From positions 2,656,001 to 2,720,000 of the forward strand of contig CBDCTJ010000007.1 in NCBI GenBank assembly GCA_965222115.1: a stretch of 64,000 bases of DNA. The letters are read 5' to 3'. Below the pieces are notes generated by a model. The model was given only the letters and a program-made list of their open reading frames with translations. It made no database searches and had not been told where the DNA came from. This document shows positions 18,656-27,778 of this stretch, piece by piece (position 1 is the stretch's first letter; each line of letters begins with the position of its first letter). The stretch is from Planctomycetota bacterium. GTDB lineage: Bacteria > Planctomycetota > PLA2 > JAEUHO01. The position numbers and the translations under genes were made by a program.

Positions 18656-20524
18656 ATGGAGCGCCGGCCCGGAGCTTTCCGACGCGTGCTGTCGGCGTTG
18701 CTGGGACAGGTCGTTCCCGCGTCACTCGGTCTCGTCGCTGGCTCGTTGGCACTAACCTTCGTCCCACTCAACAACCACGGCATTGGCGCCTGCATTGCGA
18801 CGTTTCTGCTGGTTTGGTTCTCCGCTGCCTGGGGCCTTGCACGCGTCCGCGAAAACAAACAATGGCGGCGTCTCTACCGTCTCGCCGTTTTCGGCCACGT
18901 ACTGTTTTGGTCCTACGTAGGCATCGCTGGATCTTCACTTCGTGCGCCCGGCGTGCCCCAAGTGCGACCCGGGACGCACGATGGCGCTGACATGGGTCAG
19001 ATTCGCGCGGGCGTCGGTGAAGCGGCGTTTGTCATTCCCAGGGATGTGACGCTTGGTGGTTGGGGTATGCGACCCCGTCGCTATCGTGTTCCCGCCTTTG
19101 GAGGTATAGGGATTCTGGGGCGCCTAAGTCAAGACTTCATGGCCGGGACGGGTGGCGACGGCATGCCGCGCAAGCCGCTCTTCTTTTCGGCCGCGAAAGA
19201 GGATGCGCCCCAGACGTTGGAACGCGTTGGCGCGCGCGCCATTTCGATTTCGTGTGGAGACGGCGTGCCAATGACGTGGGTGCGTCTAGATTTGGTCACG
19301 GTGTCGCCGGGACTCGTTGCAGACATTCTCACACGCGTCAAGAAGTCTCACCCGCGTGTGACGCCTGATCGTCTTGTGGTGGCCGCATCACATACGCACA
19401 GTTGTATGGCCGGGTATAGCGAGCAACGCCTCTCCGCGCTTGCGGGTACGGACCATCTTCGTTCAGACGTTCGAAAGGCAGTCGCCGACGCGGCTCTTCA
19501 GGCCATTTCTATCGCCTGGTCAACCCGCTCGGCTGCTCAGCTAGCACCGTTTATGACGCATGATCGTTTGGCAGATGGACGTAGCGCGCTTGCCCGCAAT
19601 CGGCGTAAGAAGAATGACACCGACATTGACGATCGCGTCTTTGGGATACGTGTCGACTCGCAGGCTAGGGAGACGATTGCGATTCTGCTGAACTACGCCG
19701 TTCATCCAACGGTCCTAAAACGACATACATGTTCCCTTCACCGAGACTTGGTGGGGTCCGTAGAGGAGGCGGTTAGTAAGACGATTCCCAGTCGACCGAT
19801 GACACTCTTCTTGAATGGCGCGCAGGGCGATATTGGACCTGCACGCATCGAGGGGTATTCGGATGAGTTTCGTGCCGACGCGCTTGCCGAACGATTTGCC
19901 CGCGTCCTAAAGGACACGGTCACTTCCGCGGCGCCATACACCCATGGACGTATGCACACCGCGTTTGCAACGTGCGATCCAGGGTCCCCCTTTGCGATTG
20001 TTGCTGGTGAAGACCGCGCGGGTTGGGCGGAGCGATTTCGGTCGGGATACGTCGAGGGATCCACGAGTCAGTCGATCTGTGACGTGCTTTCGTATCCTGG
20101 CAACGCGCTTCTTTGGAGTATTGGGCTATCTGAAGCGCGCGTTGCATTCGATTTTGGTGGAGGCGGTGCAACGATGGTCTCACTGGATCCATCGATGGAA
20201 CAAACCGAGCTGCAGGTCGGCGCGTGGATACTTGAGCTGGGTGATTCGACCAATGTGAGGTTTCGTACAGTAGGTGTGTGGCAGCCCGGCGAAGCAACAC
20301 AGGCGCTGGGCAAGTCATGGCGCGCCATGGCCGCGTCACGTGGCTACGACCATTGCATGATTGCCGGACTGGCTGGGGGTGCGTGTGCCTACTTGACCAC
20401 GCCAGAAGAGTATGACGCCGGGGGCTACGAGGCACTTGCCACCCTCTATGGCCCCCGCGGCGGCGAGTTGATCGGTGCGGCGTTTGAGGGTGCGTTGGAT
20501 GCGTGTGATCCGAAGGGTGAATAG
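18656..20524 (+). CDS. Neutral/alkaline ceramidase-like hydrolase with N-terminal TM helices
   Basis: ASHTHS, NYAVHPT, FLNGAQGD and YLTTPEEYDAGGYE motifs; three N-terminal hydrophobic segments. Confidence 0.8.
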   Translation: MERRPGAFRRVLSALLGQVVPASLGLVAGSLALTFVPLNNHGIGACIATFLLVWFSAAWGLARVRENKQWRRLYRLAVFGHVLFWSYVGIAGSSLRAPGVPQVRPGTHDGADMGQIRAGVGEAAFVIPRDVTLGGWGMRPRRYRVPAFGGIGILGRLSQDFMAGTGGDGMPRKPLFFSAAKEDAPQTLERVGARAISISCGDGVPMTWVRLDLVTVSPGLVADILTRVKKSHPRVTPDRLVVAASHTHSCMAGYSEQRLSALAGTDHLRSDVRKAVADAALQAISIAWSTRSAAQLAPFMTHDRLADGRSALARNRRKKNDTDIDDRVFGIRVDSQARETIAILLNYAVHPTVLKRHTCSLHRDLVGSVEEAVSKTIPSRPMTLFLNGAQGDIGPARIEGYSDEFRADALAERFARVLKDTVTSAAPYTHGRMHTAFATCDPGSPFAIVAGEDRAGWAERFRSGYVEGSTSQSICDVLSYPGNALLWSIGLSEARVAFDFGGGGATMVSLDPSMEQTELQVGAWILELGDSTNVRFRTVGVWQPGEATQALGKSWRAMAASRGYDHCMIAGLAGGACAYLTTPEEYDAGGYEALATLYGPRGGELIGAAFEGALDACDPKGE

Positions 20525-20593
20525 GTGGCGGGAAGGAAGTAGATCCTGCGAAACAGGCCGGATGGAGTCTGAAGGATTCGTGCGTATTTCCTT

Positions 20594-20764
20594 ACCGTTA
20601 CCCGAAACCCGAAACCCGGGCTCAAGTGTGAGCGCTCAATGATCGATTCACGCCGGGTCGTCGAGAGTGAATGGCTTTGCCATTTGCACGAAGACCCTGA
20701 GTAAGCACCAGCGGATCTCTGATCCGCGCAGTGCGCATCAAAGGGTGCGCATCGAAGGGTGGAC
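20594..20764 (+). repeat. Module R copy 5 (full; no internal GTGGAC)
   Basis: CCCGAAA ladder, CTCAAGTGTGAGC, ATGGC-TTT-GCCAT hairpin, GCGGATC-TCT-GATCCGC, duplicated GTGCGCATC.AAGGG tail. Confidence 0.9.
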
Positions 20765-20807
20765 CTCAAGTAGCGTAATAGTCGTATGCGTTCGGTACCG
20801 ATGGACC

Positions 20808-20965
20808 ACCGAACTGTTTGCTGTGTGACGTGAACGCGCACTGGGCAACACCCTTTGAGAAGTGCTACGTGCATGCCCCATTCGCCATGAGGGCGAGGGC
20901 ACGCACTCGCATTCCCGCGGGTGTTTCCTCGTGGAGTTTCTCGTATGTCACACAGCAAACAGTTC
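20808..20965 (+). promoter_or_regulatory. Long leader hairpin (type A), second copy
   Basis: 20811-20829 is the perfect reverse complement of 20947-20965; same nested stems as 12879-13041. Confidence 0.82.
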
Positions 20966-21331
20966 TCGATTACTTCCACGGCAGGTCGGCTTGAACGTTT
21001 CGACGTGTATCGAATCGCACGCCGTGCCGCGGCCAGCATTCACCAGCTTTGTGGATCCCTGCCGCGAGGCAACGCCGAGCTTGCAAGCCAAGCTCGACGA
21101 GCCTCTACAGCCGTCGTCCTCAACATCGCCGAGGGCATCGGGCGCGCTGGCGCAGGCGCCAAGCACCGTTCGTTCTCCATCGCTCGCGGCGAGTGCGTCG
21201 AGGCCACCGCGGCACTCGACCTCATGCACGCGATGGGAATCCTTACAGGCGCCCACGCCGCGCCAACGCTTCGCGACCTTGACCGCGTTCGCGCAATGTT
21301 GAACGCGCTCATCCGGCGCTGGAGGGAATGA
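20945..21331 (+). CDS. Four-helix-bundle protein, subfamily A copy 2
   Basis: 128 aa; 8 substitutions relative to 13016-13402 by eye. Confidence 0.9.
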   Translation: MSHSKQFSITSTAGRLERFDVYRIARRAAASIHQLCGSLPRGNAELASQARRASTAVVLNIAEGIGRAGAGAKHRSFSIARGECVEATAALDLMHAMGILTGAHAAPTLRDLDRVRAMLNALIRRWRE

Positions 21332-21339
21332 GGGGGTGT

Positions 21340-21572
21340 CCCGTTACCCGAGACCCGTTACCCGGACTCAAGTGTGAGCCTCTGATGATCGATTCGCGCC
21401 GTTCGTGGACGTGGACGTGGACGTGGACGTGGACGTGGACGTGGACGTGGACGTGGACGTGGACGTGGACGTGGACGTGGACGTGGACGTGGACGTGGAC
21501 GTGGACGTGGACGAAACCCTGAGTAAGCACCAACGGATCTCTGATCCGCGCGGTGCGCACCGAACGGTGGAC
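21340..21572 (+). repeat. Module R copy 6 with (GTGGAC)18 at 21405-21512
   Basis: Heptamer ladder, CTCAAGTGTGAGC, perfect 108-bp array, CCCTGAGTAAGCACC...GTGGAC tail; first 3' hairpin deleted. Confidence 0.95.
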
Positions 21573-21578
21573 ATGATG

Positions 21579-22283
21579 CTAGTTCAGTTCCGGTCGTGTC
21601 CCTGGAGGCACAGGAGGGTCACTTGCGTAGGCTTGTTTTTCTAGATACGAAACGAGCTGGGTGAAGCGTTTCAAGATGTCGGGCTCGGCCAATAACGCAT
21701 AGCGTTCATTAGGTTCAAGATCGCTAGCCGTGGCGACGGCATCCGCGTAGCGGCCCGGGCTCGCGTCCACGCCGCGGGTTTGATTGGCCATGCGGCGCAT
21801 TTCCCAAATGATGTTTTGACGGCCCGGGAGCATGTCGAGTGCGCGCTTCATAGCCTTTGCGATGTCGCCCGATTGATCGGGGCGCATGGTGTCACCAATG
21901 ACTTCGACGCGCGCGCGACGATACGGGTCGTGTGGAATCTCATCGACAATGCGGGCGCGGAAAAGTCCGTAGAGCAAAATGTCGCACTTACCGGTGGGCT
22001 GTTCGTGGTGGCGAAATATTTGCCCCACCGTAATGACGTCGTGAATCGGTGGGTTGCCGAGGTAGGAATCGTCAGCGTCGTCCCAGCCGGGCTTGAGCAG
22101 CGCGGTGGCGATGAGGCCGTCGTCTTCGAGGGCGTCGGTCACCATCTTCACGTAACGCCGTTCATAGACTTTGAGGGGCGCAAGGCCATCAGGAAAGAGC
22201 ACCAGATTAGGTAGGGGAAACAGGCGTACGTCCCCGGAGAAGTTCTCCAGCACCATCTTCAAATTCAGGGGCGGCTTCTGCAT
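21579..22283 (-). CDS. Lon peptidase N-terminal (substrate-binding) domain protein
   Basis: LFPLPNLVLFP...PLKVYERRYVKMV motif; no ATPase or protease domain. Confidence 0.88.
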   Translation of the reverse strand: MQKPPLNLKMVLENFSGDVRLFPLPNLVLFPDGLAPLKVYERRYVKMVTDALEDDGLIATALLKPGWDDADDSYLGNPPIHDVITVGQIFRHHEQPTGKCDILLYGLFRARIVDEIPHDPYRRARVEVIGDTMRPDQSGDIAKAMKRALDMLPGRQNIIWEMRRMANQTRGVDASPGRYADAVATASDLEPNERYALLAEPDILKRFTQLVSYLEKQAYASDPPVPPGTRPELN

Positions 22284-22322
22284 CGCCGTACTATACCCGC
22301 TGGTTCACCCCGGAGTCGGTCC

Positions 22323-23147
22323 ATGCAACATGACGCGCTCGAGTCGCTGCTGCGCGATGTTCGCGAGGGCTCGGTCGATGTGGCCACCGCCATGGGGCGC
22401 ATTTCGGGCGTTACAAACGCTGCACCAGCCTTTCAAGCAGAAGCAGTGATTGCGCGCTTGGACGCGAATCGTGCCGATCGCTGTGGATTCCCGGAAGTGA
22501 TCTATGGTGAATCCAAAGAGCCGAGCGACTTGGCTCGACTTGTACGGGCGGCCCTGGACGCGTCCGGTTCGTTGCTGGTTACGCGTGCGGATAGGCGACG
22601 ATTTGAGGCGGTCTTGAACGCCGTACCGGTCGCGATGTATCACGAACGCGCTCGCTGCATCACCGTCATGCCTGAGGCTCCGACGGAATCTCGAACGGGC
22701 GTATTGATCGCCTGTGCCGGTACAAGTGATGTGCCGGTGGCTGAAGAGGCGCGGGTCACGGCCTCAATGATGGGGGAGGCACCCGAAACGCGCTACGACG
22801 TGGGCGTGGCAGGACTTCAACGAATCCTGGCAGAGCTCGACACGCTACGAATGTCGCGCGTCATTGTGGTCGTAGCGGGTATGGACGGGGCGCTTCCGAG
22901 TGTGGTCGCGGGACTGACCGCGGCGCCCGTTATCGCAGTACCCACGAGTGTTGGGTACGGCGCGGCATGGCAGGGCGTGGCGCCCCTGCTCACCATGCTA
23001 AATGCCTGCGCTCCCGGCGTGTCCGTGGTCAATATCGACAATGGCTTCGGTGCAGGCTACCTGGCCGCAACCATCAACGCCATGGCTTCCGCGCATCCAG
23101 AACATGCGAGCCACCAATCTCTGAAGCGTGCGGTGCCCTCCGAGTAG
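22323..23147 (+). CDS. larB: Nickel pincer cofactor biosynthesis protein LarB
   Basis: GFPEVIYGESK, AGTSDVPVAEEA, VAGMDGALPSVV, PTSVGYG and VNIDNGFGA motifs. Confidence 0.92.
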   Translation: MQHDALESLLRDVREGSVDVATAMGRISGVTNAAPAFQAEAVIARLDANRADRCGFPEVIYGESKEPSDLARLVRAALDASGSLLVTRADRRRFEAVLNAVPVAMYHERARCITVMPEAPTESRTGVLIACAGTSDVPVAEEARVTASMMGEAPETRYDVGVAGLQRILAELDTLRMSRVIVVVAGMDGALPSVVAGLTAAPVIAVPTSVGYGAAWQGVAPLLTMLNACAPGVSVVNIDNGFGAGYLAATINAMASAHPEHASHQSLKRAVPSE

Positions 23148-23157
23148 CCTCTCGGGC

Positions 23158-24339
23158 ATGAATGCACCCTCACCGGCCACCCTCGTTCTTGCCGACGGGT
23201 CGGTCTTTCACGGACGACACTTCGGCGCCGACAAAGCGCGCGCGGGCGAAGTCGTGTTCAACACGGCCATGACCGGATACCAAGAGATCGCGACCGATCC
23301 GTCGTACGCGGGGCAAATTGTCTGCATGACGTACCCCCACATCGGCAATACCGGCGTGAATGACGAAGACCTCGAAGCGGCCCACCCGTGGATCGAGGCC
23401 TTCGTCGTGCGCGAACATTCGCCGATTGCCAGCAACTTTCGTTCGAACAACACCTTGGATGGATGGCTCAAGGCACACGACATCATTGGCATAGAAGGTG
23501 TTGATACGCGGCGCCTCACGCGTCATGTACGAACTATGGGAGCCATTGGCGGTGTCGTCGGCGGACCGGGAAGCAAGACCGACGCACTTTTGGAACAAGC
23601 GAAAGCGTTGCCTTCAATGGCCGGCATGGATCTTGTGACCACGGTGACATGCAAAGAGCCGTATTCCTTTGGTGAAGCGTGGCCCGAGCCATGGTTCCCT
23701 TCGCCAGAACACATCGGACAAGGACGCGACGGTGTTGGGCCTTCGAAGGCCGATTCGCTCTCGCCCAAGTCGGTCGTTGTCATGGACTTTGGTGTGAAAC
23801 GCAACATTCTTCGTTCACTTCGTACCTTTGGCTTAGAGCCTTACGTGGTTCCTGCCTCGACCTCAGCCGCCGACATTTTGGCGCGTAATCCCGACGGCGT
23901 GTTTTTTAGCAATGGTCCGGGAGATCCCGCCGCCGTTACCTATGCCATTGACACCATCAAGGAACTGCTGGGCAAGGTTCCCACATTCGGGATTTGCCTC
24001 GGGCACCAACTGATGGCGTTGGCGGCGGGGGCAAAGACCCGCAAGCTCAAGTTCGGTCACCGCGGCGCCAACCATCCCATTCGCGAACACGCCACGGGTC
24101 GCATAGAAATCACGAGCCAAAATCACGGCTTTGTGGTGGAAGAAGAGAGCCTGGGCGGCACCCCATTCAAGCCTACGCACACCAACCTCAACGACAACAC
24201 CAATGCCGGCATGGCCAGCGAGGCCCTACGCGCATTCGCCGTCCAGTACCACCCCGAGGCCGCCCCCGGTCCACGCGACGCCGGGCATCTGTTTTATCGC
24301 TTTCGCCAGCTGATTGAAGGTAGTGCAACGTTGGTGTGA
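23158..24339 (+). CDS. carA: Carbamoyl-phosphate synthase small subunit
   Basis: GEVVFNTAMTGYQE, SNGPGDP, GICLGHQL and VQYHPEA motifs. Confidence 0.97.
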   Translation: MNAPSPATLVLADGSVFHGRHFGADKARAGEVVFNTAMTGYQEIATDPSYAGQIVCMTYPHIGNTGVNDEDLEAAHPWIEAFVVREHSPIASNFRSNNTLDGWLKAHDIIGIEGVDTRRLTRHVRTMGAIGGVVGGPGSKTDALLEQAKALPSMAGMDLVTTVTCKEPYSFGEAWPEPWFPSPEHIGQGRDGVGPSKADSLSPKSVVVMDFGVKRNILRSLRTFGLEPYVVPASTSAADILARNPDGVFFSNGPGDPAAVTYAIDTIKELLGKVPTFGICLGHQLMALAAGAKTRKLKFGHRGANHPIREHATGRIEITSQNHGFVVEEESLGGTPFKPTHTNLNDNTNAGMASEALRAFAVQYHPEAAPGPRDAGHLFYRFRQLIEGSATLV

Positions 24340-24363
24340 CCCCAGTGAGCTTCCTCGCGGTTG

Positions 24364-24466
24364 CCCGTTACCCGTGATGCGCGGCCCGACACCCGTTACC
24401 CGATACCCGGACTCAAACGTGAGCGTACGATGGTCGATCTGTGCAGCGCGCATCGAACGGTGGACG
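24364..24466 (+). repeat. Module R copy 7 (internally collapsed)
   Basis: Heptamer ladder, GGACTCAAACGTGAGCGTAC, joined to GCGCATCGAACGGTGGACG. Confidence 0.85.
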
Positions 24467-24467
24467 G

Positions 24468-24842
24468 TCAGGGACCGCCGAATTTGTGTTGAAGCACGAA
24501 CAACATGGCGGCGGCGCGTTCTAGGGTGTTCATCGCCTGCGACGTTGCGCGCTCGCTTGCGATTCCAAGCAGCTGGGCGTGATGCAGCGCAGCGATCGCT
24601 TCGGTGCACTCGGCGTGGGCGATGTCGTATGCCTTGCGCTTCTCGGCGGGGCGGCGCTTCGCCAGCCCCTCTGCGACGTTGAGTGCAACGCTGGTACTAG
24701 CGCGCCGGAGTTGATCGGCGAGTTTTGCGTGGCCTCGAGGCCATGTTGCGCAGAGCGCGACGCACTCGACTGCTGCTGCCTGCGAAGCACGGTAGACATC
24801 GAAGCGTTTGAGGTAATGGAGCGTGGAAGACGCGCTTGTCAT
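24468..24842 (-). CDS. Four-helix-bundle protein, subfamily B copy 2
   Basis: 124 aa; LADQLRRASTSVALNVAEG; antisense to the flanking carA and purA. Confidence 0.9.
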   Translation of the reverse strand: MTSASSTLHYLKRFDVYRASQAAAVECVALCATWPRGHAKLADQLRRASTSVALNVAEGLAKRRPAEKRKAYDIAHAECTEAIAALHHAQLLGIASERATSQAMNTLERAAAMLFVLQHKFGGP

Positions 24843-25000
24843 GATGGAACTCCAGCGTGAAGGGAACGCAAGCCGTTTGCTCGCGTGTGCCCTTCACAAA
24901 AGAGCCGAAGGCGAAGGAGGGCACACGCGAGCGGGTCGTACAAAAAGTCCCCTCGTGACAGCGACAACTCGTTCTCAAGCTGGAGTTCCATCACAAGCGC
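24832..25000 (-). promoter_or_regulatory. Long leader hairpin (type B), second copy
   Basis: GCGCTTGT-cat-GATGGAACTCCAGC pairs with GCTGGAGTTCCATC-ACAAGCGC. Confidence 0.82.
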
Positions 25001-25041
25001 AGCCCGCGCGTAACGGTCGCGCATGCCTTGCCCGCGGCCCG

Positions 25042-25220
25042 CCCGGAATCCGTCACCCGTATCCCGTCATCCGGACTCAAATGTGGACATCCGATGATCG
25101 ATTCACGCCGGTTCGTGGACGTGGACGTGGAGAGCAGATGGGCGAAGCCCATTTGCGCGAAGACCCTGAGTAAGCACCAGCGGATCTCTGATCCGCGCAG
25201 TGCGCATCGAAGGGTGGACG
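25042..25220 (+). repeat. Module R copy 8 (full; (GTGGAC)2)
   Basis: Heptamers, GGACTCAAATGTG, GATGATCGATTCACGCC, GCAGATGGGC-GAA-GCCCATTTGC, conserved tail. Confidence 0.92.
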
Positions 25221-25250
25221 CAAATTGGTGCCGGGCGCGAACGTGCGTGC

Positions 25251-25351
25251 CCCGCGACCCGTTCCCCCGTACCCCGAGCCCCGATTCCCGTCACCCATCA
25301 CTCGTTACCCGACACCCGGTCGCCAGTGTGAGCGTTCAATGAACGACTTGC
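25251..25351 (+). repeat. Module R copy 9 (5' fragment, degenerate)
   Basis: About nine degenerate CCCGNNN units, then CAGTGTGAGCGTTCAATGAACGA. Confidence 0.75.
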
Positions 25352-25454
25352 AGTGCAAATTGCCACCGGGAGCGAACTCCGCGAATTGCGCTCATTTTGA
25401 GTCGTTCCCCGTCATCTGCCCGGGTAGAATCCGCTTTTACACGGAGAATGCGCC

Positions 25455-26777
25455 ATGAGCGTAACCTGTGTCTTTGGTATGCACTGGGGCGACGAGGGTA
25501 AGGGGCGCATTGTAGACCTGCTCGCCGCGCAGTCCGATGTGGTTGTCCGTTTTCAGGGTGGCGCAAACGCGGGCCACACCGTCATTGTGGACGACCAAAA
25601 ATATGTGCTTCACCTCCTGCCCTCGGGCGTGATTCAACCCAGCACGATCAATGTGATCGGAAACGGCGTCGTGGTGGATCCCGAAGTCGTGCTGGCCGAA
25701 ATCGACGAGCTTGTGGGCCGTGGGATCAAGCTCGATGGGCGTCTATTCATCTCGGACCGCGCCCACGTTGTGCTGCCGCATCACAAGTTGCTTGACCGTG
25801 CGTTTGAGGCGTTGCGTGGCGATGGCGCGCTGGGCACGACCTTTCGCGGCATCGGACCTGCATATTCGGACAAAGCGAGCCGAGACGGCGTGCGGATCGT
25901 TGACTTGCTTGAGACCAAACGTTTTGCTCCGGCGCTCACCATGGCGAAGCGCTACGGCGATCCGATTCTTGAGAAGGTGGGCATGGACCCCATCGACGTG
26001 GACGCGTCGGCAAAACAACTGTCCGCGTGGGGGAAACGATTGCGCCCCTTTGTTCGCGACACGGTTTCGTTTCTTCTTGATCAGCAAGAGAAGGGCGTGC
26101 GCATCTTGCTCGAAGGTGCGCAAGGGTACGCACTCGACATCGATCACGGCACTTATCCGTTTGTTACGTCAAGTAGTACGTGCCCGGCGGGTGCGGCTGC
26201 AGGCACGGGGTTGCCGCCGCGCGCGATCGACGAAATGGTTGGTGTTGTTAAGGCCTATAGCACGCGCGTGGGCGCTGGACCATTTCCCACGGCAGCGGAA
26301 CCGTCGGTCGCGGAACATCTTGGCAAGCACGGCGCCGAATTTGGCGCTACGACCGGGCGACCACGGGGCTGCGGCTGGTTCGATGGCGTGATCGCGAAGC
26401 GTGCCATTGAAACGCAGGGCGTCGATTCTGTTTGCCTCATGAAGATGGACGTGCTCTCGGGACTCACCGAAATCAAGGTGTGCACGGCCTACACATACCA
26501 AGGAGAAACGCTTACTGCGCCGCCGGCTTGGATTGGTGACTGGGACGACCTGAAACCGGTCTATACCACCTATGACGGTTGGAACGAGGACATTTCTGGC
26601 GTTCGGCACTTCATCGACTTGCCGGTCGCGGCGCAACATTACGTACATGCGATTGAATCGTTCCTCAACACGCCCATATCCATTGTGAGCGTGGGGCCGG
26701 AACGCGATCAGTTTATTGACATGACGCGTCCGCATCAATCTGTAAAAAACGTGGGTTCCAAAGTACAGGCCGGATAG
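25455..26777 (+). CDS. purA: Adenylosuccinate synthase
   Basis: WGDEGKG, GGANAGHT, DIDHGTYPFVTSS and EFGATTGRPR motifs. Confidence 0.98.
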   Translation: MSVTCVFGMHWGDEGKGRIVDLLAAQSDVVVRFQGGANAGHTVIVDDQKYVLHLLPSGVIQPSTINVIGNGVVVDPEVVLAEIDELVGRGIKLDGRLFISDRAHVVLPHHKLLDRAFEALRGDGALGTTFRGIGPAYSDKASRDGVRIVDLLETKRFAPALTMAKRYGDPILEKVGMDPIDVDASAKQLSAWGKRLRPFVRDTVSFLLDQQEKGVRILLEGAQGYALDIDHGTYPFVTSSSTCPAGAAAGTGLPPRAIDEMVGVVKAYSTRVGAGPFPTAAEPSVAEHLGKHGAEFGATTGRPRGCGWFDGVIAKRAIETQGVDSVCLMKMDVLSGLTEIKVCTAYTYQGETLTAPPAWIGDWDDLKPVYTTYDGWNEDISGVRHFIDLPVAAQHYVHAIESFLNTPISIVSVGPERDQFIDMTRPHQSVKNVGSKVQAG

Positions 26778-26806
26778 CGGCCTGGCACGAAAGAGGCACG
26801 TCGCGC

Positions 26807-27715
26807 ATGACCAGCGATTCCACGTCTACGTCAAAGAGCAGTCGCGATGTGCGCGTGCGACTCGTCGTAGCACCCATCGTCTTGGCCGTCGTATTGGGCA
26901 CGATCTGGCTCGCTGAACACTTCGAGTCGCGCCTTCCACTTCATCTCTTGATCATGTTTTTTGCCATTGGTTCAGGCATTGAGTTTGTGCGCATGCTTGC
27001 GCCGTCAGGGACAAGCGAGCGCCTCAAGGGCGGAGCGTTGGCGTGGATCACGTGCGGACTGCTTGCGGGGGTGGGTTTGATCGAGCTTCTGCGGCCCACG
27101 TCAAGTTACGTCGCCGATGCGGGTCTGCGCATGGAACTGCGCGTACTCATCGTCATCGCATTCACCTGGTGCATCTTGGTGGGCAAGTACTTCTTGGATA
27201 CACGTCACAAATCCACGTCCGAAATTGGCCGCGTCTTTCTGCCCGTGCTCTACATCGGCCTACCGCTCTCGCTAGCATGTGAAATTTGTGCTGGCCCTCT
27301 TGCGGCGCGTCGGGTCATGTGGGTGGTCTTGGTCGCCAAAGCGTGTGACATCGGTGGCTGGGTATTTGGCAAGCTGTTTGGCAAGCACAAAATGGTGCCC
27401 ACCGTGTCGCCAGGAAAGTCGTGGGAAGGCACCACGGGGGGCATTGTCCTGAGCATCGCCGCGGCGGTATTCCTTCCCGACCTATTCGGATTGCCTGAGT
27501 CCGAGTGGTCCGTAGCGATGCGCGTGGGATTCGGATTCATGGTGGGGGCGGCCACCATCTTGGTGGGCGTCACGCAAAGCGGATGGAAACGCCGTGCAGG
27601 CGTCAAGGACTCAAGCGCCCTGATTCCGGAGATGGGCGGCATCCTCGACATGACCGATTCGCTGCTCTTTGCGGTTCCGGTGGCGTATCTGTGGTATCGA
27701 TTTGTGGTGGCGTAG
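26807..27715 (+). CDS. cdsA: Phosphatidate cytidylyltransferase
   Basis: SPGKSWEG and KRRAGVKDS..IPEMGGILD motifs; polytopic membrane protein. Confidence 0.9.
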   Translation: MTSDSTSTSKSSRDVRVRLVVAPIVLAVVLGTIWLAEHFESRLPLHLLIMFFAIGSGIEFVRMLAPSGTSERLKGGALAWITCGLLAGVGLIELLRPTSSYVADAGLRMELRVLIVIAFTWCILVGKYFLDTRHKSTSEIGRVFLPVLYIGLPLSLACEICAGPLAARRVMWVVLVAKACDIGGWVFGKLFGKHKMVPTVSPGKSWEGTTGGIVLSIAAAVFLPDLFGLPESEWSVAMRVGFGFMVGAATILVGVTQSGWKRRAGVKDSSALIPEMGGILDMTDSLLFAVPVAYLWYRFVVA

Positions 27716-27778
27716 TTGAACGCGTTAGAGTGGCCGGCCCTTTCGAAGACATATCATCAAAAGCACCACGAGTTCCAC

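Noticed and set aside
26783-26798. Possible sigma-54 promoter TGGCACGAAAGAGGCA before cdsA
   Set aside because: The -12 element is poor and it lies too close to the start codon inside an apparent operon.
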